In this document: positions 40,200 to 50,038 of the stretch, piece after piece
How positions within the stretch are numbered: the stretch's first letter is position 1
Layout: every line of letters starts with the position of its first letter
DNA from: an uncultured Gemmatimonadales bacterium
GTDB taxonomy: Bacteria > Gemmatimonadota > Gemmatimonadetes > Longimicrobiales > RSA9
Length of the DNA stretch: 64,000 bases
Direction: 5' to 3'
Assembly: GCA_963741945.1 (NCBI GenBank)
Contig: CAVUKA010000001.1
Span: 1,348,695 to 1,412,694, forward strand
Made by a program: the position numbers and the translations under genes
The notes under the pieces: model-generated
Database searches by the model: none
The model's input: only the letters and a program-made list of their open reading frames with translations
What the model was told of the DNA's origin: nothing

Positions 40200-40444
40200 C
40201 CGGACGCGTCGCCAGAGAATCGGGGAAGTGACCGTCTCGCTATCGCCGCTACCAACCATTCGTCCATCGGCGTGTCGTCGATCTGCGCCAGGCCGGAGTA
40301 CCCGATGGTGATTACTGCCCGCGACGTGATACAGAGAAGGCTCTTGTTGGCTGCGCTATCGACAACGACGTCATCGCGGGTGACCTGTCTGTCAGCCACT
40401 TGGAGAACATACGTGGGAGTTCGCTGCGTCAATATGAGAGTCAT
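40200..40444 (-). pseudogene. Cassette 8: truncated hypothetical gene (MTLI..ADR N-terminus), no attC
   Basis: Starts about 35 bp after the attC R' site; lower GC until about 40200, then host-like GC. Confidence 0.55.
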
Positions 40445-40478
40445 AATAGAGAGAGATGTATCGCCATCAGCCGATCAG

Positions 40479-40544
40479 GCATAACGCACTGGGCGTAACC
40501 TGCGGCGCGCGCGGCGCGCTGGCAGCTTCACGGCCTCGTTAGAA
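40479..40544 (-). other. attC site (66 bp)
   Basis: Minus strand TTCTAAC-GAGGC-CGTGAAGC...GGTTACG-CCCAGTGC-GTTATGC. Confidence 0.9.
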
Positions 40545-40558
40545 CGCGGGCGTGCTAC

Positions 40559-40891
40559 CTATGCCGATTCCCGTTCTGCCTTTGACCGCCGATGCCGATA
40601 GCGAGGGATCTGCTTGATTTCCTTCTGCTCTTCCTGCTGAGCATGATACAGATCCCACCGCATCTGACCGTTCAGCCAGAACTCACTCGTAGTTCCAAAG
40701 AACTGCGCGAGCCGTAGCGCTGTGCTCGGCGTAACTCCTCGGCGCCCGTTTACGATCTCATTCACACGCTGATACGAAACTCCGATCGCGTCCGCGAGCT
40801 CGCGCTGAGTGAGCTCCATCGGCTTCAGGAACTCATCGAGAAGCATCTCTCCAGGGTGGGTAGGGGCTCTGTCCGTGGGTACGCGTACCAT
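40559..40891 (-). CDS. higA: HigA antitoxin (HTH XRE)
   Basis: PTHPGEML, RVNEIVNGRRGVT..TALRLA.FFGTT.EFWLN.Q. Confidence 0.93.
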   Translation of the reverse strand: MVRVPTDRAPTHPGEMLLDEFLKPMELTQRELADAIGVSYQRVNEIVNGRRGVTPSTALRLAQFFGTTSEFWLNGQMRWDLYHAQQEEQKEIKQIPRYRHRRSKAERESA

Positions 40892-40899
40892 AGGTATCC

Positions 40900-41193
40900 T
40901 CAGTGATAGTCCACTACTTCAACGTCGTCGGCCCCGCGATCCGACCAGACGAAGCAGATCCGGTACTAATCGTTGATCCGTATACTGTGCTGTCCCGCCC
41001 GATCTCCTTTGAGACGCTCCAATCGATTTCCCGGGGGGACTCGTAAGTCGTCCAGCGCCTCCGCTTGCTCGATGGCATCCAGCTTCCGGCGCCCTCTCCT
41101 CCAGAGGTCGCTCGGGAGCCGCTGCCGGACGGCCTTCGAGTCGACTCCGTTGAAGAGGTCTGCTGTCGGCTGGTCAGAGAACGATGTGATCAC
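40900..41193 (-). pseudogene. higB: HigB toxin with premature amber stop
   Basis: [33 protein letters not shown]...VEVVDYH; TAG at 40966-40968. Confidence 0.88.
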
Positions 41194-41199
41194 AACAAC

Positions 41200-41228
41200 A
41201 TGATAACACGGATACCATGCTATTCCAA
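41200..41228 (-). promoter_or_regulatory. Cassette-internal promoter for higBA
   Basis: TTGGAA-17 bp-TATCAT on the minus strand just upstream of the GTG start. Confidence 0.55.
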
Positions 41229-41259
41229 ACGCTTTCGTTTCTTGCGCTCTACTACCGCG

Positions 41260-41380
41260 TTCTAACGCCTCTGAGATAAGCTGCGGCCCATCCGGGCGCG
41301 GCGCTACAGATACTTCTGCCCCTCTCCATGCCAATGCAACGGCGATCCAACACGCCGCCAGCTTCATCTCATCGTTATAC
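41260..41380 (-). other. attC site (121 bp)
   Basis: Minus strand GTATAAC-GATGA-GATGAAGC...GCTTATC-TCAGAGGC-GTTAGAA. Confidence 0.9.
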
Positions 41381-41519
41381 CGCGGGTCCGTAGGAATGTG
41401 AGTTCCCCAAATTTTGTCGCTGATCCTCTCTAAACAATGTCGCAGCGAGGGGCATCCAGAGGATACGTTGCCGCCGATCCGAGAGGGCTCAGGGTTCTGA
41501 GATCCGGAGGCGGGGGAGG

Positions 41520-42929
41520 ATGCTCAAGATGCTGGATCGACATGCAGTGCATGCCCTGCTGAAAGCGGGGGAATCCAAGAAGAGGATTGCCGAGCAATTC
41601 GGGGTTACGCCGCGGACCATCCAGCGGATCGCCAGGGAGCCGGCGGTCGAGGACGGAGATGACGCGGCGGAGCGGTGCCGCCGAGGAGTGGGGCGACCAC
41701 CGGTGAGGCCGGTGGTGAAGCAGCGGCTGGTGGATCTGATCGCGGAGGATCCGGAGGCCCCGCCGCTGGAGTACCTGCGTCAGCTCCGGGAGGAAGGAGT
41801 GGAGCTGGCGGAAAGCACCTTCTACCGCGTTTACCGGCTGGAGAAGGAGAAGCTGCCGGCCGAGCTGATGGTGCGGTTCGAGGGCGTGGCCGGGGAGTTC
41901 GCTCAGTTCGACTTCGGTCAGGCGGACGTCCGTCTGCTGGATGGGCGGAAGCAGCGGGTCCACTTCGCGGCGTACCGGCTGAAGTACTCGCGGTGGGTGT
42001 GGGTGGTGGTCGTGCCGGACGAGCGGATCGAGTCGCTGGTGCGGGCGCTGCTGGCCGCTTTCGAGCACTCGGGCGGAGTGCCGCTCCGGGTGGTGTTCGA
42101 CAATCCGAAGACGGTGGTGGTGTGTCGGGACGAGCGGGGCCGGCCGATCTGGAATTCCACCCTGGCGCAGGTGGCCATCGACTACGGCTTCACGATCGAG
42201 CTGTGTGCGCCGCGGAGCCCGGAGCAGAAGGGGTCGGTGGAGAATCTGGTGGGGTGGGTGAAGCGGAGCTTCTTCCGGGCCCGCCGTTTCGCCGACGTCG
42301 ACCAGGACCTGCCCCGTCAGCTCCTGGACTGGCTGATCGTGGGCAATGAGGAGCGGCCCTCCCGGGCGACGAAGGAGATCCCCAAGATCCGGCTGACCGC
42401 TGAGCAGGCGCGGATGAAGCCGCTGGCCATCCCGCCCGCCGAATACGGACTGCGTTACGCGGTCCATGTGGGACCCACGGCCCTCGTGGACTTCCGGGGA
42501 GTCCGCTACGCCATGCCGGCCGGCGCGTGCGGGATCCCGGCCACGCTCCACCTGTACCCGGACCGGGTCCGGATCGTCACGACCGGTGCCCGCTTCGAGG
42601 CCACCCACCCACGCTTTCCGAAGGTCGGAAACACCAGCTATCTGCCGGGACAGCGAGCGGAGCAGCTGGCGGCCGTGGCCGGCGCGAGGAAGCGTCTCTA
42701 CTTCATGCGCGAGCGGATCCTGGAGCTGGGGCCGGTGGGAGAGGGCTACCTGACGGAGCTCATCCACTCACGGCCCCACACCTGGAAAGGAGATGTGGAG
42801 CGCCTCTTCGCTCTGCTGGAGGAGCTGGGCCAGGAGCGCTTTCTCCGCCTGCTGCAACGAGCGCTCTTCCAGCGGCTCATCGGGTCCGAGTACGTGATCG
42901 GGCTGGCGGCGAAGGAGGTGGCCTCATGA
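41520..42929 (+). CDS. istA: IS21 transposase IstA (element A)
   Basis: AQFDFG, VFDNPK, QKGSVE. Confidence 0.92.
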   Translation: MLKMLDRHAVHALLKAGESKKRIAEQFGVTPRTIQRIAREPAVEDGDDAAERCRRGVGRPPVRPVVKQRLVDLIAEDPEAPPLEYLRQLREEGVELAESTFYRVYRLEKEKLPAELMVRFEGVAGEFAQFDFGQADVRLLDGRKQRVHFAAYRLKYSRWVWVVVVPDERIESLVRALLAAFEHSGGVPLRVVFDNPKTVVVCRDERGRPIWNSTLAQVAIDYGFTIELCAPRSPEQKGSVENLVGWVKRSFFRARRFADVDQDLPRQLLDWLIVGNEERPSRATKEIPKIRLTAEQARMKPLAIPPAEYGLRYAVHVGPTALVDFRGVRYAMPAGACGIPATLHLYPDRVRIVTTGARFEATHPRFPKVGNTSYLPGQRAEQLAAVAGARKRLYFMRERILELGPVGEGYLTELIHSRPHTWKGDVERLFALLEELGQERFLRLLQRALFQRLIGSEYVIGLAAKEVAS

Positions 42930-43235
42930 AGACCCCCGTGCCGCTGGATGACCTGGACGCCATGCTCAAGCGCCTCCACATGCCCACCATCCGCCGCCTC
43001 TATCCGGACCTGGCGATCCGGGCCGAGGAGGAGGGCATGAGCTATCGCACCTTCCTTGAGCTGCTGGTCGCCGAGGAGATCGCTCACCGGGCCCAGACCC
43101 GGATCACCCGGTCCGTCCGCAAGGCGAGATTTCCCTTCCTCTGTCAACGCCGGTTCAGAAGTGGACAGGTCCACCGGTTTAGAATTGGACACATCCGTCG
43201 GCGGTCGAGCTAAGGCTGCATAGGCTCTCCTTTCC

Positions 43236-44012
43236 TCAAGCGGCGGTGGGTGGGGTCAGGCCGGCGCCGCGTCGATTGCGGAGGCGGTAGCTCTCGCCGC
43301 GGATGTTGCTGGTGGTGGCGTGGTGAAGCAGCCGGTCCAGGAGCGCGGTGGCCAGGACGGCATCAGGAAAGATCTCATCCCACTGGCCGTAGCTCTTGTT
43401 GCTCGTGAGGATGATGGGCTTCTGGGCCTCATAGCGGCGGCTCACGGCCTCGAAGAGAAAGGTGGCATCCTCGCTCTCGAGGGGCAGGTAGCCGACTTCG
43501 TCCAGGAGGAAGAGATCGGCCCGCATGATTGTCCGCAGGAGCACGTTGAGCCTATTCTTCTCCCGAGCGATCCGAGATCGGGTCACCAGCTCGTGGAGGC
43601 TGAGGAAGTAGGCCCGGTGGCCCCGCTCGATGGCCGTCATGGCCAGGGCCACGGCCAGATGGCTTTTGCCCACGCCGGACGGACCCAGGAAGACCACGTT
43701 CTCACCCTGGTGCAGGAAACGGAGCGTGGCCAGCTCGTCGATCACGTCCTTCGGCACCGACGGCTGCGCCTCGAAATCGAAGCCCTCCAGAGTCTTGGGA
43801 GCCGGGATCCCGCTCAGCTTCAGGTTCGTCTTCACTCGCCGCTCAAAGCGGACCGAGAGCTCCCGCCCCAGAAGCTCATCGAGGACCTCCACGGGCAGCC
43901 GCTCCTGCTTCTGCCCCTGCTCGAGCACTGTGTCCAGTGATGCCAGGGCCGCCTCGAGCTTGAGCCGCTCCAGCTGATCCCGGACCCGCTCATAGCTGAT
44001 GGCGGCGCTCAC
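43236..44012 (-). CDS. istB: IS21 ATPase IstB (element B)
   Basis: GPSGVGKS, LLDEVGY, LDRLLHH. Confidence 0.93.
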   Translation of the reverse strand: MSAAISYERVRDQLERLKLEAALASLDTVLEQGQKQERLPVEVLDELLGRELSVRFERRVKTNLKLSGIPAPKTLEGFDFEAQPSVPKDVIDELATLRFLHQGENVVFLGPSGVGKSHLAVALAMTAIERGHRAYFLSLHELVTRSRIAREKNRLNVLLRTIMRADLFLLDEVGYLPLESEDATFLFEAVSRRYEAQKPIILTSNKSYGQWDEIFPDAVLATALLDRLLHHATTSNIRGESYRLRNRRGAGLTPPTAA

Positions 44013-45310
44013 GCGACACCTTCCACCAGGAGGCGCTCATAGACCGACAGCGGCCGGACCTCCACCTGAGGAGCGTGGGTCTGGATCCGGTGCAGAAGGA
44101 CCGGGGCATCCTCCTCGACTGTCTGGAGATAGCTCGGCTGGCGGTTCCGGCGCCGTGCAGCGGCCTCGGCATTGCCCCGGGTCAGGCGGCGGATCTCGGC
44201 TTCATGCTCCGGAAGAGTCACGGCTCGCGCCCCCTTCGACCGTCTCCGGTGGTGCGCCACCAGCCGGTCTCCCAGGTAGACCGAGAAGCCGTCTCCTACG
44301 GCCTCTCCCTCCGGACGCACCACCACGGTGTGGCCTACCGCGCTGGGGTCGACGCTGTAGCGGACGCCGCCGTAGCTGATGTGGCAGTCCGAGGGCACCG
44401 TCCGCACCTCCACCGGCCGGACGTCGTACGTCGGCACCGCGGCGAGCGGGCGCAGGTGGCTCAGCTCGAGCGCGTGCCGGTCGATGGGGCGTTGACCGGT
44501 GGTGCCGTGTATCCGCACGTTCGCCACCGTGTCCAGCCACACCTCGAGCTGCCGGTTCAGGTCCTCCAGGTCCGTGAAGCTGCGGCCTTCCAGGAAGCTG
44601 GTCTTGATGTAGCCCACGCCCCGTTCGACCTTCCCCTTCACCCGCGGCCAGTACGGAGGGCTCGCCACCGGCAGGAAGCCGTGATGGTCGGCGAAGTCCA
44701 GGAAGCGCCTGTTCCAGTGAACCGTACCCGTGCTGACGTCGTGCTGGTCGACCGCCTGCTTCATGTTGTCGACCAGGATCTCCTTCGGGATCCCGAGAGC
44801 GTCGAAGGCGCGCATCAGGCAGCTCAGCAGCACCGGCAGCTTGGAGCTGGTCGTGAACCGGGCGTACGTCATCCGGCTGTAGCCCAGCACCATCACGAAC
44901 ACGTAGAGAGTCTTCCGCTCTCCGCCCACCTCGATGGCCCCACACTCACCCCAGTCGATCTGGGCCTGCTGACCCGGCAGGGTCTCGAATCGCTCCGTGA
45001 CCCGCCGGACCATCTCCTGCTTCAGGGGCCGCACGAACTCCCGCAGAATGGTGATCCCGCCGGTGTAGCCCTGCTTCCTGATCTCCTGGAGCACCACCGT
45101 CGCCGGAAGGTCGAAGCGCTCCAGCCGGGCCTGGATGTAGTCCCTGAAGGCATCCAGCTTCGATGGCCGCGGTGGCCGGGGCTTCGGGAATGGCTGGTCG
45201 GAGGCGCGGTTCAGGTGGTTGTACACGGTCTGGCGGCTGACGCCGAAGCGCTCGGCGATCTTCGTCTTCTCTACGCCCTCACGGGCAAGGTGTTTGATCT
45301 GCATGGACAT
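44009..45310 (-). CDS. istA: IS21 transposase IstA (element B)
   Basis: RFETLPGQQAQIDWG, VDNMK, KGKVER. Confidence 0.93.
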   Translation of the reverse strand: MSMQIKHLAREGVEKTKIAERFGVSRQTVYNHLNRASDQPFPKPRPPRPSKLDAFRDYIQARLERFDLPATVVLQEIRKQGYTGGITILREFVRPLKQEMVRRVTERFETLPGQQAQIDWGECGAIEVGGERKTLYVFVMVLGYSRMTYARFTTSSKLPVLLSCLMRAFDALGIPKEILVDNMKQAVDQHDVSTGTVHWNRRFLDFADHHGFLPVASPPYWPRVKGKVERGVGYIKTSFLEGRSFTDLEDLNRQLEVWLDTVANVRIHGTTGQRPIDRHALELSHLRPLAAVPTYDVRPVEVRTVPSDCHISYGGVRYSVDPSAVGHTVVVRPEGEAVGDGFSVYLGDRLVAHHRRRSKGARAVTLPEHEAEIRRLTRGNAEAAARRRNRQPSYLQTVEEDAPVLLHRIQTHAPQVEVRPLSVYERLLVEGVA

Positions 45311-46194
45311 CTCCCGTAGGATCACTGCGGAGCCCTCCGGTGCTCGGGAACGTCTTTGAGCGGACGACCCGATTGTATGCACCGCGAGGGCTTCGTTCAT
45401 CTCCCTGTCAACGGGGCCTGCGCGCCTGCGGCGCTTCAGCCCTCGACCTCACCCGCCGACGGGAGTGTCCATTTTCAAACCGTTGCTTCTGTCCAGTTTA
45501 CGACCGATGGTGACACCTCCGCACCATCGAGGAATTCGACTTCACCTTCCAGACCAGCGTGCGCCTCCAGAATGCTCGGCACGCTGCTGGGACCGGAGCT
45601 GGTGAGCGAAGGCCGGTGCGCCATCTTCAGCGGCCCGCCCGGCCGCGGAAAGACGCACATGGGGGTGGCCATTGGGTACCGGGCGATCCAGAACGGCTTC
45701 GAGGCCCGATTCACCACGGCGGATGAGCTGATCGGTGCGCTCTCGAACGCGGCCGCCGAGGGCCGGCTGGACGAGGCCCTCGAGCCCTACGTCCACCCCC
45801 ACGTCCTGATCATCGACGAGCTCGGCTATCAGAGCTACGCCGCCGATGCCGCCAACGTCCTCTACCGCGTGGTGAACGATCGCTACCTGAAGCACCGGCC
45901 CATGATCGTCACCACCAACAAGCCTCTGGCCGCCCTCGGCCAGGTGCTGCATGATGCCGATCTCGCGGAAGCGATCCTGGACCGGCTCCTGGAGCGCGGA
46001 ACCCACTTCGTCCTCCGCGGACGCTCCTACCGCACCCGTCACCACAAACAGGAGGACACCCCGGACTCTGAAGCCGCTTAGCTCACGCCTCCGCCGCGAC
46101 AAAGTTTAGAGAAAAAGCAGGACATCATTTAGAGAACACACAAGGAATAAAGGGCTCAATCCCAGATTGCAGGAAGGAGAGAGGCAGGCACCAC

Positions 46195-46383
46195 TCAACC
46201 GATTTCAGGTATCGACAAGTTCCGGCAGATTTTCCCCGCCAGGACGTTCGAGATCTCAGTGTGCCGAGGAACGGCTTCGACCGCACCAGTAGAGGGATTT
46301 AGCCAGAGCGAGTGAGATCGTCCTTCCCGCTTGAGTACGCACCCGTGGAGTCGGAGATGCTTCAGCAGGGCATTCCGCTTCAC
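46195..46383 (-). CDS. hicA: HicA toxin
   Basis: REGRSHS, VPRHTEI. Confidence 0.88.
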   Translation of the reverse strand: MKRNALLKHLRLHGCVLKREGRSHSLWLNPSTGAVEAVPRHTEISNVLAGKICRNLSIPEIG

Positions 46384-46395
46384 GCCGACGCCCTC

Positions 46396-46626
46396 TCAGG
46401 CGGCACCGCGGACACCAACCGTGATCGTTTCCCGCTCAGCGTCCGCCGGGATGCCCCGCAGCCCGTCCTCCCGCCGGTCCTCGAGGATGAGCTCGATGGC
46501 CTCGATAAGGCTCTGTCGAGCTTCTTCCTTCGTCCGACCCTGTCCGTTGGCGCCCGGAACCTCAGGGCAGTAGGCAACGATCCACTCCCCATCCTGCTCG
46601 TACACTGCCGTAAACTCGTTGCGCAT
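46396..46626 (-). CDS. hicB: Short HicB antitoxin
   Basis: AYCPEVPGANGQGRTKEEA...L.EAI. Confidence 0.88.
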   Translation of the reverse strand: MRNEFTAVYEQDGEWIVAYCPEVPGANGQGRTKEEARQSLIEAIELILEDRREDGLRGIPADAERETITVGVRGAA

Positions 46627-46730
46627 GATCCACCTGTCTTCGAAGGCCTGCTCGCTCTAGAATGTAGCTGACCGATGCCGCCAAGTCGAAGCCTCTCCGT
46701 CCAGAGCCCCGCGATCAAGTCAATACCGCG

Positions 46731-46850
46731 GGATAACGCCCTGGAGATAAGCGGCGGCCCCTCCAGGCGGAGCTGGACAGCCTGGGAGCGGCAACAACGG
46801 GCGAAGCTACAGCAGCCCAGCAAGCCGACAGCTTCATCTCCCCGTTAGAA
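46731..46850 (-). other. attC site (120 bp)
   Basis: Plus strand GGATAAC-GCCCTGGAGATAAGC...GCTTCATCTCCCC-GTTAGAA. Confidence 0.9.
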
Positions 46851-46860
46851 CGTGATCGGC

Positions 46861-47178
46861 TCAACCCTGCGGCCGCCGCGACCAAAGATCGATAGCTCTT
46901 CGTTGGTGGAGAACGGCCAGTATGGTGACCTGATTCTCCTCGGCTCGGTAGATCAGCCGATACGGCCCGGGTAGCAGCTGCCTCACCGACCGATCATTGA
47001 TTTCAGGAACGGGCGCGCCGCGATCGCTTAGAGTCGATAACGAGGCGGCAGCATCGAGAACTCGCTCCAGCAGTGCCGCGGCGTTTGACGCCGAGTCTTC
47101 AGCTACGAAGGCGATCGCGTCGTCAAGCGCAGCAGACGCAGCCTCGGTCCAGACTACCGCTCGGTGCCGAGAACCCAT
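46861..47178 (-). CDS. RelE/ParE family toxin
   Basis: VVWTEAA..LDDAIAFVAEDS, G.PVPE, YRLIYR, ILAVLHQRR; start may lie a few codons downstream. Confidence 0.85.
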   Translation of the reverse strand: MGSRHRAVVWTEAASAALDDAIAFVAEDSASNAAALLERVLDAAASLSTLSDRGAPVPEINDRSVRQLLPGPYRLIYRAEENQVTILAVLHQRRAIDLWSRRPQG

Positions 47179-47351
47179 TTCCGGCGCAGAAGCTCCCCGA
47201 CCTCCTCGTGCGATATGGTTCGTCCCGCATCGGCGTCCGCCAAGCCGCGGTTGACCGCCTGAACCACGTAGAGGTGGTAGAGGATGTCATCCAGCGAGCT
47301 GTCGTCGGGCAGCCGGTCGAGCAACTCGCGGACCGTCTGTTTCGCTTCCAT
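47154..47351 (-). CDS. Antitoxin partner of the RelE/ParE toxin
   Basis: LDRLPDD...GLADADAGRTISHEEV; overlaps the toxin start. Confidence 0.8.
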   Translation of the reverse strand: MEAKQTVRELLDRLPDDSSLDDILYHLYVVQAVNRGLADADAGRTISHEEVGELLRRKWVLGTER

Positions 47352-47508
47352 CCAAGCTCTTCCTCTTCCGTTCGTGCAGTCCAGCCGCAGGCCAGGTATG
47401 CCCGTCAGCGCACCAGAGATGGCATCCACGATCCTACTGCGGCCCTTCGTTTGACGGTACAGCGGCCCGCTACCGCCTGGCTCTCCTACACCCCAATCGG
47501 GGTTCGCG

Positions 47509-47628
47509 TTCTAACGCACTGGAGATAAGCTGCGGCCCCTCCAGGCGCAGCGCCTCAGCCCCGCCTGCCCCGGTCCAAGCGCCACTCCGCCAGCTTTGCC
47601 GGCCGACAGCTCCAGCTCCTCGTTATCA
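47509..47628 (-). other. attC site (120 bp)
   Basis: Plus strand TTCTAAC-GCACTGGAGATAAGC...GCTCCAGCTCCTC-GTTATCA. Confidence 0.88.
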
Positions 47629-47732
47629 CGCCGGTCCACTTCACCGGGAGCAGCCACTGTCAACGGCGGATGAAAATGTCCCACTTGTGGCGGACGAAAA
47701 TGTCCCACGTCCGGCGGGGGTGACGAGCCCCT

Positions 47733-48560
47733 TCAGGTGGTCTTGATCTCCTTCTTCTTTCGGGGGTGAGGCCGGGGTTCGGGCTCAGCGTCTCCGTGAA
47801 GGGCCTGCCAGAGCTCGGAGTGCTGGCGCATGCGGTAGCTGTTGCCCCGGATATTGACGATGTGGCAGTGGTGCAGGAGGCGGTCGATCAGCGCAGCCGC
47901 CATGACTTCGTCTCCGAAGATCTCTCCCCATTCCTCGAAGGGCTTGTTGCTCGTGAGCACGGTGGAGGCACGCTCATAGCGCCGGGTCATGAGCTGGAAG
48001 AAGAGCATGGCTCCGGTCCGGGAGATGGGCAGATAGCCGATCTCGTCCACCACCAACACGGCCGGATGCGTCAGGACCTTGAGCCGCTGCTGAAATCTGC
48101 CAGCGGCCTGGGCCTCCTCCAGAGACGTGATCAGGTCGGCCAGGGTGCCGTAGTAGACGCGGCGGCCGTGCTGAGCGGCGGCAATGGCCAGGCTGATCGC
48201 CAGATGCGTCTTCCCGACACCTGGTGGGCCGAGGAAGATCACATTCTCTTTCCGCTCGACGAAGCCCAGCTCATGGAGGCTCTCGATCTGCTCCCGCTTG
48301 ATCGAGGGCTGGAATGAGAAATCGAAGTCGGCGAGAGTCTTCACCGCCGGCAGACGGCTGGAGCGCATGGCAGCCTGCAGTCGCCGATTGTTTCGGAGCT
48401 GGATCTGGGCGCCGAGGAGGTCCTCGATGGCTTCCGCCGGCGTGACCGTGCCGCCGTCGACACCACGGAGAATGGGGTCGAGGGCTTCCAGAGCTCCGGG
48501 CATCTTGAGATCGGCGAGCATACTACGGATCCGCTCGCGTCGAGAAGCGGCGGCCTTCAT
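47733..48560 (-). CDS. istB: IS21 ATPase IstB (element C)
   Basis: GPPGVGKT, VDEIGY, IDRLLHH. Confidence 0.93.
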   Translation of the reverse strand: MKAAASRRERIRSMLADLKMPGALEALDPILRGVDGGTVTPAEAIEDLLGAQIQLRNNRRLQAAMRSSRLPAVKTLADFDFSFQPSIKREQIESLHELGFVERKENVIFLGPPGVGKTHLAISLAIAAAQHGRRVYYGTLADLITSLEEAQAAGRFQQRLKVLTHPAVLVVDEIGYLPISRTGAMLFFQLMTRRYERASTVLTSNKPFEEWGEIFGDEVMAAALIDRLLHHCHIVNIRGNSYRMRQHSELWQALHGDAEPEPRPHPRKKKEIKTT

Positions 48561-49621
48561 GCGCCACCTCCCGCTGCGATCCGGCTGTACGCCTTCAGCG
48601 AGCGCCGCTCCACCGGGACCCGAGGCATCGGGACCACCTTCGCGGGCTCGGATCGACTTGGCTCCAGAACGAGTGATCGATACGGCCGCTCCGGCAGCGG
48701 GCGCAGATGCTTCTGCTCCAGCTCAAGTCGGTCCACCGGCCGCTCTCCGGTCGTGCCGTGCAGGCGCACATTGGCCACCGACTGGAGCCATTGCAGGGCC
48801 TGCTCATTCAGGTCGGCGTCCCCGGCGAAACTGCGACCATAGAAGAAGTCCTGCCGGATGTAGCGGATCGGCCGCTCCACCTTGCCCTTCGTCTGCGCCC
48901 GATAGGGTCGGCAGGCTCGGGGCCGGAAGCCCCAGTGGGCGGCGAAGCGCAGAAACTCTCCATTCTCGACGAGGGGCCCGCCGTCCGGTCGCAGGTCTTT
49001 TACCACCACCGACCGCATCTGGTCGAAGAGCAGCTCTTCCGGCACTCCACCGAAGAAGCGAAACGCCTCCTCGAGTCCGCTCATCAGGCTCGCCATGTCC
49101 TGGCGAGGGAAATACTGGAACCACAGGTGCCGGGAGTGACCCAGGACCACCAGCAGCGCATAGCGCCGCCCCCACGGCAGCCGGAAGTGAGCAAAGTCCA
49201 CCTGGGCCTGCTTTCCCGGCGGCGTCTCGAAACGGATCACCGGCACCTCCGGTGGCTTCGGCCGGACCGCTCGGACGTATTCCTTGAGCTGACCATAGCC
49301 GCCGGTGTATCCGCTTGCCCGGATCTCACGAAAGAGCCGTGTGGCCGTCAGGTCCGGGAGATCTTCCAGCCGCTGCCGCACGTACTCGCGGTACAGGTCC
49401 AGCTTCCGTGGCTTCTGCGGCCGCGGTCCGTACCGCGGCGGCTCCTCCAGGTCCCGGTCCAGCTCTCCGCTCTTGATCCAGCGATAGATCGTCCGCCGGC
49501 TCATGCCCAGCAACTCGGCGATTTCCGTCTGGCTGTAGCCCTCATCCAGGTAGTGTCTCAGTCTCACGCGTCGCTCCCACTCGATCACCGGCCCCTCCGC
49601 CGTCAAAGGTGGAGGCGCCAA
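48557..49621 (-). CDS. istA: IS21 transposase IstA (element C)
   Basis: RFETPPGKQAQVDF, FDQMR, TKGKVER. Confidence 0.93.
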   Translation of the reverse strand: MAPPPLTAEGPVIEWERRVRLRHYLDEGYSQTEIAELLGMSRRTIYRWIKSGELDRDLEEPPRYGPRPQKPRKLDLYREYVRQRLEDLPDLTATRLFREIRASGYTGGYGQLKEYVRAVRPKPPEVPVIRFETPPGKQAQVDFAHFRLPWGRRYALLVVLGHSRHLWFQYFPRQDMASLMSGLEEAFRFFGGVPEELLFDQMRSVVVKDLRPDGGPLVENGEFLRFAAHWGFRPRACRPYRAQTKGKVERPIRYIRQDFFYGRSFAGDADLNEQALQWLQSVANVRLHGTTGERPVDRLELEQKHLRPLPERPYRSLVLEPSRSEPAKVVPMPRVPVERRSLKAYSRIAAGGGA

Positions 49622-49763
49622 GGTGGAGAATCCGCCGCGTGATCGCTCCCGGCGCTCTACGCGGCTACGAAGAAGTCGCCGAGTGGGACATTTTCAACCG
49701 CCAACTCTGGGACATTTACAACCGCCGCCCACAGCCACGGTTGGGACGGGAGGCGGTCCTGCC

Positions 49764-50018
49764 TCAGGTCTGATCCTGCAATTCCGTCCCACACCATGGG
49801 CAGTACGCGATAGGTGTTGAATACTCCGGGGGATCGCCCGAAACCGACCACCACGTTCCATTGAACTCGACTACTGAGGTGATGGAATCGCCCCATTCCC
49901 GCGGGGAGGGGCTCGGGGAACCGGAGCTGGCCCGGGTTATCAATTCCCGGTTCCGGCACGCATGGGTTCGCGCAGGTACGCTTTCACGGTGGTTGGACTG
50001 CGACGCAACCATCTGCAC
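49764..50018 (-). CDS. Small protein with C-terminal YCPWCG zinc-ribbon motif
   Basis: HAC...IAYCPWCG; third gene of cassette 4, downstream of hicA. Confidence 0.5.
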   Translation of the reverse strand: MQMVASQSNHRESVPARTHACRNRELITRASSGSPSPSPREWGDSITSVVEFNGTWWSVSGDPPEYSTPIAYCPWCGTELQDQT

Positions 50019-50038
50019 CTCCGGCCCTGCCTGATCGG

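Larger units (their letters stand above)
43142..45515 (-). mobile_element. IS21-family element B nested in istB of element A
   Basis: Ends TGTCAACG.. / ..GGTGACA with GGACA subterminal repeats; 4-bp TSD CCTC at 43138-43141 and 45516-45519. Confidence 0.92.
42926..46081 (+). pseudogene. istB: IstB of element A, split by element B and frameshifted near 45571
   Basis: ..ARFPFL | RTIEEFDFTFQ rejoins in frame; GPPGRGKT and IIDELG lie in a shifted frame. Confidence 0.85.
41397..46142 (+). mobile_element. IS21-family element A (contains nested element B)
   Basis: Ends TGTGAGTTCCCCAAAT / ATTTAGAGAACACACA; 5-bp TSD AGGAA at 41392-41396 and 46143-46147. Confidence 0.92.
47658..49733 (-). mobile_element. 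IS21-family element C, apparently intact
   Basis: Ends TGTCAACGGCGGATGAAAATGTCCCA / TGGGACATTTACAACCGCCGCCCACA; 5-bp TSD GCCAC at 47653-47657 and 49734-49738. Confidence 0.93.
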
